Assembly: GCA_913063405.1 (NCBI GenBank)
Contig: CAJXZB010000013.1
Coordinates: 13,317 to 77,316 of the forward strand
DNA from: an uncultured Ulvibacter sp.
GTDB lineage: Bacteria; Bacteroidota; Bacteroidia; Flavobacteriales; Flavobacteriaceae
Reading direction: 5' to 3'
Length of the DNA stretch: 64,000 nucleotides
Part shown: positions 31,119 to 41,564 of the stretch, piece by piece
Layout of the letters: every line of letters begins with the position of its first letter
Numbering within the stretch: the stretch's first letter is position 1
Program-made: the position numbers and the translations under genes
Notes under the pieces: model-generated
The model's database searches: none
What the model was told of the DNA's origin: nothing
What the model saw: only the letters and a program-made list of their open reading frames with translations

Positions 31119-32218
31119 TCCCTCACATCCAGAGCATCCCTCAATGCATTCCCTATCAACATAAATGCAGTTACCAAACTCATAATTGCAAGCCCAGGAA
31201 TAATAGCCAAATAAGGTTTACCCAAAATAATATAGGCATAATGATCTTTAATAATTCCTCCCCAACTTGGCGTTGGTGGTTGTGCCCCTATTCCAAGAAA
31301 ACTAAGGCCACTTTCAATGAGAATAGCCCCGGCAAAATTTGCCGCAGAAATAATTATCACTGGCGCCATGGCATTGGGCAAAATGTGTTTTGTAATAATC
31401 CTAAAATCAGTAAAGCCTAACGCGCGAGCTGCAGTAACATATTGCATCTGCTTCACCCCCATTACCTGCCCTCTAACCACTCTTGCGACTTCAACCCACA
31501 TGGTAAGTCCAACTGCGATAAAAACCTGCCAAAAACCTTTGCCAAGGGCCAATGTTATAGCGATCACAAGCAATAGCGTTGGAATGGACCATGTAACATT
31601 GATAATCCACATAATAGCGGCATCGACCTTCCCTCCAAAATAACCGGCAATGGCTCCCAAGGTAATTCCAATAATTAATGATATAAACACCGCCACAAAG
31701 CCAATTGCCAATGAAATACGAATACCAATAAGCATTCTACTTAACAAGTCTCGCCCGTATTTATCAGTTCCAAGTATGAACTTTTTTTCTGAAATATATT
31801 CCTTAGGAATTTCTTCGATTGTTTTCGCTTTTGGAAATAAGGAAAGATTGTATGGTTTTTCCAAGCCCTCCGTCCCCTCTGAAGTATATTCCGTAATTAC
31901 TATGCCGTCTTTAGCAGTCCTGAAACTGGAAATTGGGATTTCGGTATCCGCATTCTTCCTTCCGAAGAAAAACTCAGACGCACTATTCCCTTTGGACACT
32001 TCCGAAGGAATTGTAAGCAATTGCACTTTGAACCCAGGTGCTTTCGAGTGAATTGACAAATGCATCTGATTCGCATTCTGAGAATTATCTGGTGCTAAGG
32101 CATAAGCAAAAACCGCCACCAAAACACAAATCACCAAAAAACCAAAACTAAAAACGCCCCAGAAGTTTTTCTTAAACTTTTGGAGCGCTATAGTCGTTAA
32201 TGAAGTGGCTTTTTTCAC
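31115..32218 (-). CDS. ABC transporter permease (OppC/DppC-like)
   Basis: LGTDKYGRDLLSR, EAA-like loop, GNALRDALD. Confidence 0.92.
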   Translation of the reverse strand: MKKATSLTTIALQKFKKNFWGVFSFGFLVICVLVAVFAYALAPDNSQNANQMHLSIHSKAPGFKVQLLTIPSEVSKGNSASEFFFGRKNADTEIPISSFRTAKDGIVITEYTSEGTEGLEKPYNLSLFPKAKTIEEIPKEYISEKKFILGTDKYGRDLLSRMLIGIRISLAIGFVAVFISLIIGITLGAIAGYFGGKVDAAIMWIINVTWSIPTLLLVIAITLALGKGFWQVFIAVGLTMWVEVARVVRGQVMGVKQMQYVTAARALGFTDFRIITKHILPNAMAPVIIISAANFAGAILIESGLSFLGIGAQPPTPSWGGIIKDHYAYIILGKPYLAIIPGLAIMSLVTAFMLIGNALRDALDVRD

Positions 32219-32297
32219 ATAACAAATGTACTAAAAATGGTGTAGGTTCTTTTTATTCTCTAGAGCTTTTGAGAACCACCTTATACACTGTACATCT

Positions 32298-34439
32298 TTA
32301 GTTTTTAATATTTGCTACTTTACCAGCTTTAATATTATTGAGTTTTAGGTCTTGTAATACATTTACAGCTTCTTCCACATAAATATCTTTGCTTAAGTTT
32401 TTATGCCATCTCTTACGTTTTTTTCTTAGGGTGGTATCTTGCTTCATAAGTTCGATTTCATTACTCAAAGATCTATAGCTCATCTTATTATCATACTCAC
32501 CTACAGCATCAAACTTCTTAGTCTCTTCCTTACGTTTTGCAATTTCCGCACTGTAATCATCAAAATTAAGATTGACATTATTTTCGTCACGACGCATTTT
32601 AATCCACTTCGCGTTTTCTTCAATAAGCTTTAACTGCTCACTTTGGGCCATGCGCGCATTACTTCTATTAATTGTTTCTTGAAAATCAATATATCCATCC
32701 CAAATCTTATAATCGGCAGCTGCAATCTTATCATATGGCAATGGATTATCATAGTCACGTTCTCCAACATCTATATAACTATAGCGGTCTGGCATCACAA
32801 CATCACTCTTAACCCCTTCCAATTGGGTAGAGCCACCATTGACGCGATAAAATTTTTGAGTTGTTAATTTCAATGACCCCATATCACCAAGGTCATTTTT
32901 TCGCAACCATTGGTTAAGGTCAATCATATTTTGAACGGTTCCCTTTCCATAGGTTTGTTTACTTCCAATCACAATAGCTCGTTTGTAATCTTGCATGGCC
33001 GCAGCTAAAATTTCCGAAGCAGAAGCAGAAAGTTCGTTCACCAAAATCACTAAAGGACCATCCCAAACAATTTCGTCATTCTTATCCTCCAATACTTCCT
33101 TGCTCTTTCCGCTAGATGCTACTTGAACTACCGGTCCTTCTTTTATAAAAAGACCTGCAATATCAACCGCCGCTCTCAAGGATCCTCCACCATTATCTCG
33201 AAGGTCTAAAACTAGCCCTTCCATTCCTTCCGCCTTTAAACGTTCAATTTCTTTTTTAATATCTGTCGCAGCATTTCGTTCCTTATAGTTTTCCATGTCG
33301 AAATAGAAGGTAGGTAAATTGATCAATCCAAATGCCTTATCCTCCTTTTCAATTACTGTTGATTTTGCCCAAGTTTCGGCTATTTCTACTACATCTCTGG
33401 TAATCACCTCATCTTCAACCGTACCGTCAACTCTCTTTATAGTAAGTGTAACCTTAGTCCCTTTGGATCCCTTAATTAACTTTACAGCATCATAAATTCG
33501 CATCCCAACAATACTCACAGCATCTTCTTCATCTGCTTGTTTTACCTTCAAAATAATGTCTCCTACTTCAATATGCTCACCACGCCACGCAGGACCACCA
33601 CTAATAATTCCAGTTACGTTTATATAATTGTTCCTCTTCTGAAGTCTAGCTCCAATTCCTTCTATTTTTCCAGACATACGTAGATCGAAACGATCACGAT
33701 CTGGCGGTGCAAAATAGTTGGTATGTGGATCAAACTCTTCTACAATTGTATTCAAAAATACAGCAAAATAATCTTTACGCTCAAGGTCATTAGTGAACTC
33801 GAAGTACTCCTGTAACGATATTTTTGAATCTAATCTTGATTTTTCCTCTAGTTCCTTTTCAGTTTTAACAGCATAGCCTTCTTCCGATTCAGATTTAGTC
33901 TTATCCTCTTCAATTAAATCGTAATAGCTCGAAATCGTTGAGAACTTCAATTGTTTTCTCCAACGTTGACGCACCTCTTTTTTTGACTTCGCATAACCCA
34001 AGTTATCATAATCAACATTGATCGTTTCCTTTTCTGAATAATCAAATGGGATATCCAAGATTTCACCGTACATGCCTTTTACCTCATCCATTCTTTCCGC
34101 AAAACGAGCATGCACCAAATTGAAAAAAGTAAGTTCTTTATTTTTTATCTGATCGTCGATTTCAGTTCTATAGACACTAAATTCTTCAATATCTGAAGCC
34201 AGGAAAAACCTCTTTAATGGATCTAAACCCTTTATAAAATCGGTATAAACACCTTCAGAAAACGTGTCGTTGATATCTTTAGAATCATAATGTCCTTTTT
34301 GAAGCACATACGTTATTAAATCAAGAAGTACTTTATCCTTATCTGGGTCGTCAAATCCCTTAGTAGTAAAACTACATGAAGCTGCTGCCACAAAAACAGC
34401 CAGGAATAAAACCTTTAAATTCTTTTTCATTATTTGCAT
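32298..34439 (-). CDS. prc: Carboxy-terminal processing protease (S41, Prc/Tsp)
   Basis: PDZ GIGA, DLRDNGGG, SASASEI, GKGTVQ; start at 34439 or 34430. Confidence 0.93.
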   Translation of the reverse strand: MQIMKKNLKVLFLAVFVAAASCSFTTKGFDDPDKDKVLLDLITYVLQKGHYDSKDINDTFSEGVYTDFIKGLDPLKRFFLASDIEEFSVYRTEIDDQIKNKELTFFNLVHARFAERMDEVKGMYGEILDIPFDYSEKETINVDYDNLGYAKSKKEVRQRWRKQLKFSTISSYYDLIEEDKTKSESEEGYAVKTEKELEEKSRLDSKISLQEYFEFTNDLERKDYFAVFLNTIVEEFDPHTNYFAPPDRDRFDLRMSGKIEGIGARLQKRNNYINVTGIISGGPAWRGEHIEVGDIILKVKQADEEDAVSIVGMRIYDAVKLIKGSKGTKVTLTIKRVDGTVEDEVITRDVVEIAETWAKSTVIEKEDKAFGLINLPTFYFDMENYKERNAATDIKKEIERLKAEGMEGLVLDLRDNGGGSLRAAVDIAGLFIKEGPVVQVASSGKSKEVLEDKNDEIVWDGPLVILVNELSASASEILAAAMQDYKRAIVIGSKQTYGKGTVQNMIDLNQWLRKNDLGDMGSLKLTTQKFYRVNGGSTQLEGVKSDVVMPDRYSYIDVGERDYDNPLPYDKIAAADYKIWDGYIDFQETINRSNARMAQSEQLKLIEENAKWIKMRRDENNVNLNFDDYSAEIAKRKEETKKFDAVGEYDNKMSYRSLSNEIELMKQDTTLRKKRKRWHKNLSKDIYVEEAVNVLQDLKLNNIKAGKVANIKN

Positions 34440-34477
34440 ATCAATCAACTTACTTTATTATTGGTGCCTAAATTATA

Positions 34478-34493
34478 TAAAAAACCGTGCCAA
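34478..34493 (-). promoter_or_regulatory. Putative sigma54-like element upstream of prc
   Basis: TTGGCACGGTTTTTTA: perfect -24 TGGCACG, non-canonical -12. Confidence 0.4.
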
Positions 34494-34722
34494 GCGCCTA
34501 TAATGATACTAATTTTTTGTTAAACAAACCTGGCGTCAGACACTATAAATTACTTCTAACAAACGTAAAAGCAAAGGCTAAATTCTAATTCATCAATAAA
34601 AATATAGCAAAAGATATTTCTAATGAGTCCGCATGAGCGAGAACAACCTCTTAAATTGAAGAAATTGGCTTCTTATTTTTTGAATTTTAATAGTTGTATT
34701 TTTGTTCTTCAAATCCGTTTTA

Positions 34723-35499
34723 ATGTCAAAAAAAAGACCGTTAATACTTGTTACCAATGATGATGGCATCACTGCTCCTGGAATTCGAGCGCTTATTCAA
34801 GTGATGAATACTATTGGTGATGTATATGTCGTTGCTCCAGATGCGCCTCAAAGCGCCATGGGTCACGCTATTACCATCAACGACACTTTATATTGTAACC
34901 GTATGAAGGCTGTAAAAGGGGAACCTCAAATTGAATATAGCTGTAGCGGTACACCAGTGGATTGTGTAAAAATCGCTGTTAATGAGATTTTAAAGCGTAA
35001 ACCAGACTTATGCGTAAGCGGTGTAAACCATGGAAGCAACTCTTCTATCAATGTAATTTATAGTGGAACCATGAGTGCCGCAGTGGAGGCCGGAACCTTA
35101 GGAATTCCTTCTATTGGTTTTTCACTTTTAGATTATTCCTTGGAGGCGGATTTCGAGCCTGCAAAAAAGTACATTAAGTTGTTGGTTAATGAATGTCTCG
35201 CTAATGGGCTTCCAAAAGGAGTTGTCCTAAATGTGAACATTCCTAAGCTACCTGAAAAAGACATTAAAGGAGTTCGTGTATGCAGACAGGCCAACGCGCA
35301 CTGGGAAGAAAAATTTGATAAACGCACCAACCCTCTTGGCAGAGATTATTATTGGTTAACAGGGGAGTTCGTAAATGAGGATAAGGGAGAAGATACAGAT
35401 GAGTGGGCACTACATAATGGTTATGTTTCCATTGTACCGGTGCAATTTGATCTTACAGCACATCACGCAATTAAAGACATAAATACCTGGGAAATTTGA
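34723..35499 (+). CDS. surE: 5'/3'-nucleotidase SurE
   Basis: ILVTNDDG, GTPVDCV, YSGTM; ATG 34723. Confidence 0.96.
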   Translation: MSKKRPLILVTNDDGITAPGIRALIQVMNTIGDVYVVAPDAPQSAMGHAITINDTLYCNRMKAVKGEPQIEYSCSGTPVDCVKIAVNEILKRKPDLCVSGVNHGSNSSINVIYSGTMSAAVEAGTLGIPSIGFSLLDYSLEADFEPAKKYIKLLVNECLANGLPKGVVLNVNIPKLPEKDIKGVRVCRQANAHWEEKFDKRTNPLGRDYYWLTGEFVNEDKGEDTDEWALHNGYVSIVPVQFDLTAHHAIKDINTWEI

Positions 35500-35798
35500 T
35501 GAAAAAGAAAATAGGAAAAGAACTAATTGTTGGATTAATCACTGGTTTAATGTCAAATATGGCGGGAAGTTATTTATACCTCTTCTTCTTGTCTCGAGTT
35601 AAAAACCTTAGTATTGACAGTACTTTAGATGTTACCTTGGAGCAAGGATTAATTGGCAATATTATTGTTTTAGGAGCACTTCTTAATTTTGTTGTTTTCT
35701 ATGTATTTCTTAAAAAAAAGCAATACTATAGAGCGAGAGGAGTTGTACTAGCTTCCCTGATCGCGGCAATAATAATATTAATATCAAAGTTTTATTGA
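35499..35798 (+). CDS. Hypothetical membrane protein
   Basis: Three TM helices and an RARGV motif; coupled to surE. Confidence 0.8.
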   Translation: MKKKIGKELIVGLITGLMSNMAGSYLYLFFLSRVKNLSIDSTLDVTLEQGLIGNIIVLGALLNFVVFYVFLKKKQYYRARGVVLASLIAAIIILISKFY

Positions 35799-35829
35799 GA
35801 TTTTAAAATTGAATACTGAAGTTTAAAAA

Positions 35830-36945
35830 ATGAAGTACTACCTCATTGCTGGAGAAGCATCTGGAGATTTACATGGATCCAACTTGATGAAAGCGTTGTT
35901 AAAGGAAGATCCAACCGCTCAAATTAGGTTTTGGGGTGGAGATCTTATGCAGGCAGTTGGTGGTCAACTAGTAAGTCATTATCGTGATCGCGCATTTATG
36001 GGGTTTAGTGAGGTTATTCTAAACCTTTGGAAGATCTCAAAATTAATTCGTCATTGCAAAAATGACATCCAAGAATATCAGCCCGACAGGTTAATTTTTA
36101 TTGACAATTCTGGATTCAACCTACGTATTGCAAAATGGGCAAAGCCTCAGGGTTTTGAAACACATTATTATATAAGCCCACAGGTATGGGCTTCAAGAGA
36201 AGGCAGAGTAAAAACTATAAAGGATACTATAGATCATATGTATGTTGTACTACCATTTGTGAAGGATTTTTATGCAAAACATAATTATCCTGTACATTTT
36301 GTTGGACATCCATTATTAGATGCGATTGCGGAAAAGAAACAGATCGATCCAGTGCTTTTCAAAACTGAAAATAGCTTAGATGATCGACCTATTATCGCGT
36401 TGCTTCCTGGTAGTCGAAAGCAGGAAATTTCTAAAATGCTAGAAGTCATGCTTTCGGTGGTTGAAGACTTTACCGACTATCAATTTGTAATAGCGGGAGC
36501 ACCAAGTCAGGATGCAGAATTCTACGCACCATTTATTCAGAAGCAAAATGTACACTTATTATTAAATCAAACGTACGATTTGTTAAGCGTTTCAAATGCA
36601 GCTTTGGTAACTTCCGGAACTGCGACTTTAGAAACTGCATTGTTCAAAGTACCTCAGGTTGTTTGCTATAGAGGCAGCAGAATCTCCTACGAAATTGCTA
36701 GGCGCATTATAAAACTCAAGTATATTTCCTTAGTGAATCTGATTTTGGATAAGGAAGTAGTTACAGAACTGATTCAAACAGATTTTAACACCAAAAGACT
36801 TCGAAAGGAACTCACTGCTACCCTAGATGATTACCAGCGTGCTACGTTATTTTTAGACTATTATGATCTGGAGCAAAAACTAGGTGGAAAAGGAGCTAGC
36901 GAGAAAACTGCTAGGCTTATTTTTGTAGCTTCAGGTGGTAGCTAG
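35830..36945 (+). CDS. lpxB: Lipid-A-disaccharide synthase
   Basis: AGEASGD, FVGHPL, LLPGSR and SGTATLE motifs. Confidence 0.96.
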   Translation: MKYYLIAGEASGDLHGSNLMKALLKEDPTAQIRFWGGDLMQAVGGQLVSHYRDRAFMGFSEVILNLWKISKLIRHCKNDIQEYQPDRLIFIDNSGFNLRIAKWAKPQGFETHYYISPQVWASREGRVKTIKDTIDHMYVVLPFVKDFYAKHNYPVHFVGHPLLDAIAEKKQIDPVLFKTENSLDDRPIIALLPGSRKQEISKMLEVMLSVVEDFTDYQFVIAGAPSQDAEFYAPFIQKQNVHLLLNQTYDLLSVSNAALVTSGTATLETALFKVPQVVCYRGSRISYEIARRIIKLKYISLVNLILDKEVVTELIQTDFNTKRLRKELTATLDDYQRATLFLDYYDLEQKLGGKGASEKTARLIFVASGGS

Positions 36946-36981
36946 ATTATTTTTTATAATTTAGACAAAACCAAATCACAT

Positions 36982-37491
36982 ATGAAAAAGCTACTCCTAC
37001 TAGCACTTCTCCCTATTCTTTTAGCTTCCTGTGGAAGTTCCAGAACTGTCTCTAAAACGAAGACAGGAACGTATAAAACTGAGAAAATTTCAAAAACATC
37101 CAACAATACCAAAGCCGAAAGTATTATCGACTATGCTAAAACATTTCGTGGCACACGTTATAAATTTGGAGGTACAAGTAGCAAAGGAATGGACTGCTCA
37201 GGTCTAGTTTTTACGGCTTTCAATAAAGAAAATATAGCGTTACCCCGTGTTTCTAGGGATATGGTTAAAAGAGGAAAACGCATTTCCTTGTCACAAACTA
37301 CGGAAGGTGACTTAGTATTTTTCCAAACTAATAAAAACAAAAAGACCATCAATCATGTAGGCTTAGTAGTTGAAAGAAAAGGTGGCGAAGTCTATTTTAT
37401 TCACTCCACCAGCTCTAAAGGTGTAATTATATCTTCACTTGAAGAACGTTATTGGAAAAGTGCATTCGTGGAAGCCCGACGTGTGATTTAA
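36982..37491 (+). CDS. NlpC/P60 (C40) lipoprotein peptidase
   Basis: Lipobox LASC; DCSG, HVG and FIHS motifs. Confidence 0.93.
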   Translation: MKKLLLLALLPILLASCGSSRTVSKTKTGTYKTEKISKTSNNTKAESIIDYAKTFRGTRYKFGGTSSKGMDCSGLVFTAFNKENIALPRVSRDMVKRGKRISLSQTTEGDLVFFQTNKNKKTINHVGLVVERKGGEVYFIHSTSSKGVIISSLEERYWKSAFVEARRVI

Positions 37492-37539
37492 AAAATCGTA
37501 TCTTTAGATACTTCGACTCCCAAGTAATTCTTGCTAGGG

Positions 37540-39561
37540 ATGAAGTTTGTCAATTATATAATAGTATTTATTTCAGTTTTCGTGGCACTGGGTGTTATTA
37601 CTGCCCATTTCTTTCCAACTTCAAATAATTTTTCACTAGCTATTATTCCTGGGCTTACCTTTTTATTAGGCATTGCCTGGTTATTTGTTAGAAAGCAATT
37701 GTATCAAAACATTTTCTTCGGAATTATTGCCTACTTCTGTTTTTTTGTAATTGGATATTTTAACTATCAAATACGACTTCCTCCTTTTCAACCCAAACAT
37801 TATTCACACATTATATCTGCAGAGCAAGTCTCATTGCTTCAGCTTAAAATAACCGAAGTTCTTAAACCCGATTCCTACAACCATAAATACATTTCTGAAG
37901 TGAAAGCTGTAGATGGGACATCAACATCAGGGAAAATTTTATTAAGTATTGGAAAGAACTCCTTTTCAGAAAAATTCACAATAGATAACATACTTGTTGT
38001 CTGTTCAAGCCTAAAAAATATTCGGAAGCCTTTGAATCCGTATTCATTTGATTACTCAAAATACCTAAAAACACTTAGTGTTTATGATCAAATTAGGGTT
38101 TGGAATACACAAGTTTATAGCCTTACCCAAGGTAATCCAACACTGCGCGGACGAGCAGAAAGGTTTCGAAATTTTCTTCTTACTAAATTACAGAAGACGT
38201 CTTTTGGAAAAGATGAGCATGCTATTGTACAAGCGCTTATTTTGGGCCAAAAAAAGGAGATAAGTAAGGAACTCTATAGTGATTACGCCGCTGCAGGAGC
38301 TGTTCATATTTTGGCCGTCTCTGGGCTGCATGTTGGGATTCTATTTTTCATCTTCTCCTTTCTACTAAAACCATTAAAACGATTGCCTCAAGGCAATCTA
38401 ATTCAAAGTTTGGCACTCGTACTTTGCCTGTGGGGTTTTGCTTTTACAACGGGCTTATCACCCTCGGTAACTAGGGCAGTTACTATGTTTTCTTTCTTTG
38501 CATTTGCGAAATCTATCAATCGAGAAACAAATTCAATAAACACCCTATTTCTTTCACTTCTTATGTTACTCATTGTAAATCCACGGTGGTTATTTCATGT
38601 TGGATTTCAACTAAGTTACCTTGCGGTGTTATCAATTCTTTTGATACAGCCCAAACTTCGAACCTTCTATCGTCCCAGATTCTATATTGACAAAATGTTC
38701 TGGGATATTTTCACCGTAAGTATCGCAGCCCAATTGGGCATATTACCTTTAAGTATTTATTACTTTCACCAATTCCCAGGGTTATTCTTTATTACAAACC
38801 TCGTTGTGCTTCCTGTTTTAGGTATCTTATTAGGTATTGGAGTGCTAGTTGTATTTCTAGCTGCACTTGAATTACTTCCAGAATGGATCTCTGTAACCTA
38901 TAATTTTCTAATATCAAGACTTAACCAATTTATTACGTGGGTGGCAAACCAAGAGCGGTTTCTATTTGAGAATATTCATTTTTCTGAAGGAAAACTAATA
39001 GGGAGTTATCTACTATTGATCACTCTAGTAATTCTATGGAAAAGATTTAACTACGAGAAGTTAGTATTAGGTTTTGCCAGTCTTAGTTTATTGATTGGAA
39101 TTTTTATTTGGGATAAGCGAAATGCCTCGGAAACTGAATTTGTTATTTTTCATAAAAGCAGAAAATCACTTATGGGCTATAAAAAGGCCGAGAAATTTTT
39201 ATTATTCAGACGTAATTCTGGAACCTATAAAAACGCCGTTCCTATAAAAGGATATCGCATTGCGCGGCAAATTGATAATATTTCCGAAGAAAACATTCTG
39301 TCAGTTCTCAAATACAAGCAACAGACGATTCTCGTTTTGGACAGCTTAGGGGTTTATCCGAAGCTTTCAAAAGCCATCGTAGTTCTAACCCAAAGCCCTA
39401 AAGTAAACCTAGAACGCCTCATAGACAGCCTTAAGCCTCGAATAATTATTGCAGATGGCAGTAACTACCTTTCCTATATCTCCCGTTGGCGAAGAACTTG
39501 CCAACAAAAAAAACTCCCTTTTCACCATACTGGTAAAGAGGGAGCCTATGTGAAAAATTAA
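37540..39561 (+). CDS. comEC: ComEC/Rec2 family competence protein
   Basis: HILAVSGLHVG, SPSVTRA and GFQLSY motifs. Confidence 0.92.
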   Translation: MKFVNYIIVFISVFVALGVITAHFFPTSNNFSLAIIPGLTFLLGIAWLFVRKQLYQNIFFGIIAYFCFFVIGYFNYQIRLPPFQPKHYSHIISAEQVSLLQLKITEVLKPDSYNHKYISEVKAVDGTSTSGKILLSIGKNSFSEKFTIDNILVVCSSLKNIRKPLNPYSFDYSKYLKTLSVYDQIRVWNTQVYSLTQGNPTLRGRAERFRNFLLTKLQKTSFGKDEHAIVQALILGQKKEISKELYSDYAAAGAVHILAVSGLHVGILFFIFSFLLKPLKRLPQGNLIQSLALVLCLWGFAFTTGLSPSVTRAVTMFSFFAFAKSINRETNSINTLFLSLLMLLIVNPRWLFHVGFQLSYLAVLSILLIQPKLRTFYRPRFYIDKMFWDIFTVSIAAQLGILPLSIYYFHQFPGLFFITNLVVLPVLGILLGIGVLVVFLAALELLPEWISVTYNFLISRLNQFITWVANQERFLFENIHFSEGKLIGSYLLLITLVILWKRFNYEKLVLGFASLSLLIGIFIWDKRNASETEFVIFHKSRKSLMGYKKAEKFLLFRRNSGTYKNAVPIKGYRIARQIDNISEENILSVLKYKQQTILVLDSLGVYPKLSKAIVVLTQSPKVNLERLIDSLKPRIIIADGSNYLSYISRWRRTCQQKKLPFHHTGKEGAYVKN

Positions 39562-39569
39562 ACAACTAT

Positions 39570-40257
39570 TTAACACCCAAAAATTGCGCAATACGCAACT
39601 TCCCCAACACAATAAATTACTATTCCATTTACAGCAATTACACTATAAAAATATGCGTGAAAAATTGTATTATATGGTGGTGGGCCTGTGAGGATATTAT
39701 AAAAAACCCATGCTGTTAATTGCTGAACACATTGTGCATACGTTCTATTAGCCGAAGTTGCCCCGCCAGGAAGTTTAGATGCAATATCCCTCGCTGATAA
39801 TAAATTTATGGAGCGATCTCCTCCAATGTTCGAAAGAATTAACTGATCTTTCCCTTCAGTATCTGTACTATGAGTATACTTAAGCGCCCCTCTATATTGA
39901 CCTCCCAAATAAAAGGTTCCAAAATATTCATTATTTTCATCAATAAACAAATATGTAACATTTTGATCTTTATCAGTTGTTTTAATAGCGTCTTTAGATG
40001 TCAATATATACACCTTCATCTATTAAAATCTGAGCATTTCTTGTGTATTCTGGATGGTCTGGACTAAGATATTCTACTTCCTCGTAAAATTCTTGGCCTC
40101 TTAAAACATCTTCATTCTCCCCGTGAAAATTTGTTGTTAAATTTTGTGAATCGTCCTGAACCTCATGAGCATCACTCTCTTTAGAGCAGCTTACTGTGAT
40201 TAGTGAAAAAGCAAATATTAATGCAATTGCTTTGATACTATTTAATACATTTTTCAT
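39570..40257 (-). pseudogene. Lipoprotein split into two overlapping ORFs at an AT-dinucleotide tract; Cys-rich hydrophobic C-tail
   Basis: 39994-40257 carries lipobox TVSC; 39570-40019 overlaps it across ATATATA 40004-40010. Confidence 0.6.
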
Positions 40258-40384
40258 AATTAAAAAATTTAAGGTTTATATACTACTTTGTTCCAGTAGA
40301 ATAAATTTGTTACCCCATTCTTTAATTTATGTGCATAAAAAAAGCTAAACATAAAATTGATCAGCTTACTTAATAAAAAAATAG

Positions 40385-40924
40385 TTATCCTTTGAATGTG
40401 CTTTTAAAATTTTCCTGATACGCCTGCCAGGACTCCGGAGTATTAACTTCTTTATAATCATCATTCCCAATCATTTTTAAATAAATTTCCAATTGCGCCA
40501 CAGATTTATATCCAGGTATTGCTTGAATAAGTGTTCCATCTTCTTCAAAAAACACCAAACTAGGATAACCTCGTAACTTTAGCGCATCGGCAAAAAAATG
40601 TGTCGCATTACGTCCTTTTCTCCCGTCTTGATAATTAGGGTTTGTATATGTAAAGTCTTCAAAAGACACCTCTTCAGTGCCCTCTGCGTTAAACTTAACG
40701 GCATAGAAATTTTCATTAACATAATTTATCACATCCTTATTACTAAAAGTGTTCTTATCCAATAATTTACAGGGACCACACCAAACGGTATAAACATCCA
40801 TAAATATTTTCTTTGGAGTCTGTTTCTGAGCCTCCAAAGCTTCATTCATTGTCATCCAATTTACCTTCTGAGCAAAAACAACCGTTGAAGCAAAAACAAA
40901 TAAAAGGAGTATTATTTTTCTCAT
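40385..40924 (-). CDS. Exported thioredoxin-fold protein
   Basis: Signal peptide, WCGPC, cis-Pro GYP. Confidence 0.9.
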   Translation of the reverse strand: MRKIILLLFVFASTVVFAQKVNWMTMNEALEAQKQTPKKIFMDVYTVWCGPCKLLDKNTFSNKDVINYVNENFYAVKFNAEGTEEVSFEDFTYTNPNYQDGRKGRNATHFFADALKLRGYPSLVFFEEDGTLIQAIPGYKSVAQLEIYLKMIGNDDYKEVNTPESWQAYQENFKSTFKG

Positions 40925-40938
40925 AATTAGTAATATTA

Positions 40939-41481
40939 TTATCCCTTAAACTGAGGATTAAAATTCTGCGAATAGGAATTGAAACTTTCTTGAGTTGTTA
41001 GGTCCCGATATTTTCCAGTTGCAAATACTTTAAGGTATAATTCCAAACCTTGCGGTGTTTGATAGCTTTTTACAGCTGTAAGTACTTCCATGTGCAAATT
41101 GATAAAGACCACAGTTGGATAGGCTCTGACACCAATATAGCGACTAAACTCATGCAAACCATTTCTCTTGTTTGCCTTTGCTGGATTATAATCAGGGTTG
41201 GTAAAGGTTTGATAATTGAAATTCACGACATCATTCCCTTCTGCGTTAAACTTAACCGCATAATAATGCTCATTTACATAATCTGCTACATCCTGATTTT
41301 CGAATGTATTTCTATCCATCATTTTACAGGGGCCACACCAATTTGTATACATATCTACCATAATTAGCTTAGGCACTTTAGCTTGAGCAGCCAAGGCTTC
41401 ATCCATGGTCATCCAATTTATTTTTTGAGCGCTTACAGACCCAACAATCAATAAAACTGCAACAAGTACTAATTTCTTCAT
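40939..41481 (-). CDS. Exported thioredoxin-fold protein (tandem paralogue)
   Basis: Signal peptide, WCGPC, shared YAVKFNAEG. Confidence 0.9.
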   Translation of the reverse strand: MKKLVLVAVLLIVGSVSAQKINWMTMDEALAAQAKVPKLIMVDMYTNWCGPCKMMDRNTFENQDVADYVNEHYYAVKFNAEGNDVVNFNYQTFTNPDYNPAKANKRNGLHEFSRYIGVRAYPTVVFINLHMEVLTAVKSYQTPQGLELYLKVFATGKYRDLTTQESFNSYSQNFNPQFKG

Positions 41482-41515
41482 CTAAGGTAGATTTCTGTTT
41501 GAATTATTATGAGAC

Positions 41516-41549
41516 AAAAAGCGTTCCAAAAAAAGGAACGTTTTTTTTT
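41516..41549 (-). terminator. Intrinsic terminator after the POT transporter
   Basis: CGTTCC/GGAACG stem flanked by A and T runs. Confidence 0.7.
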
Positions 41550-41564
41550 GTGATATATTGTATG

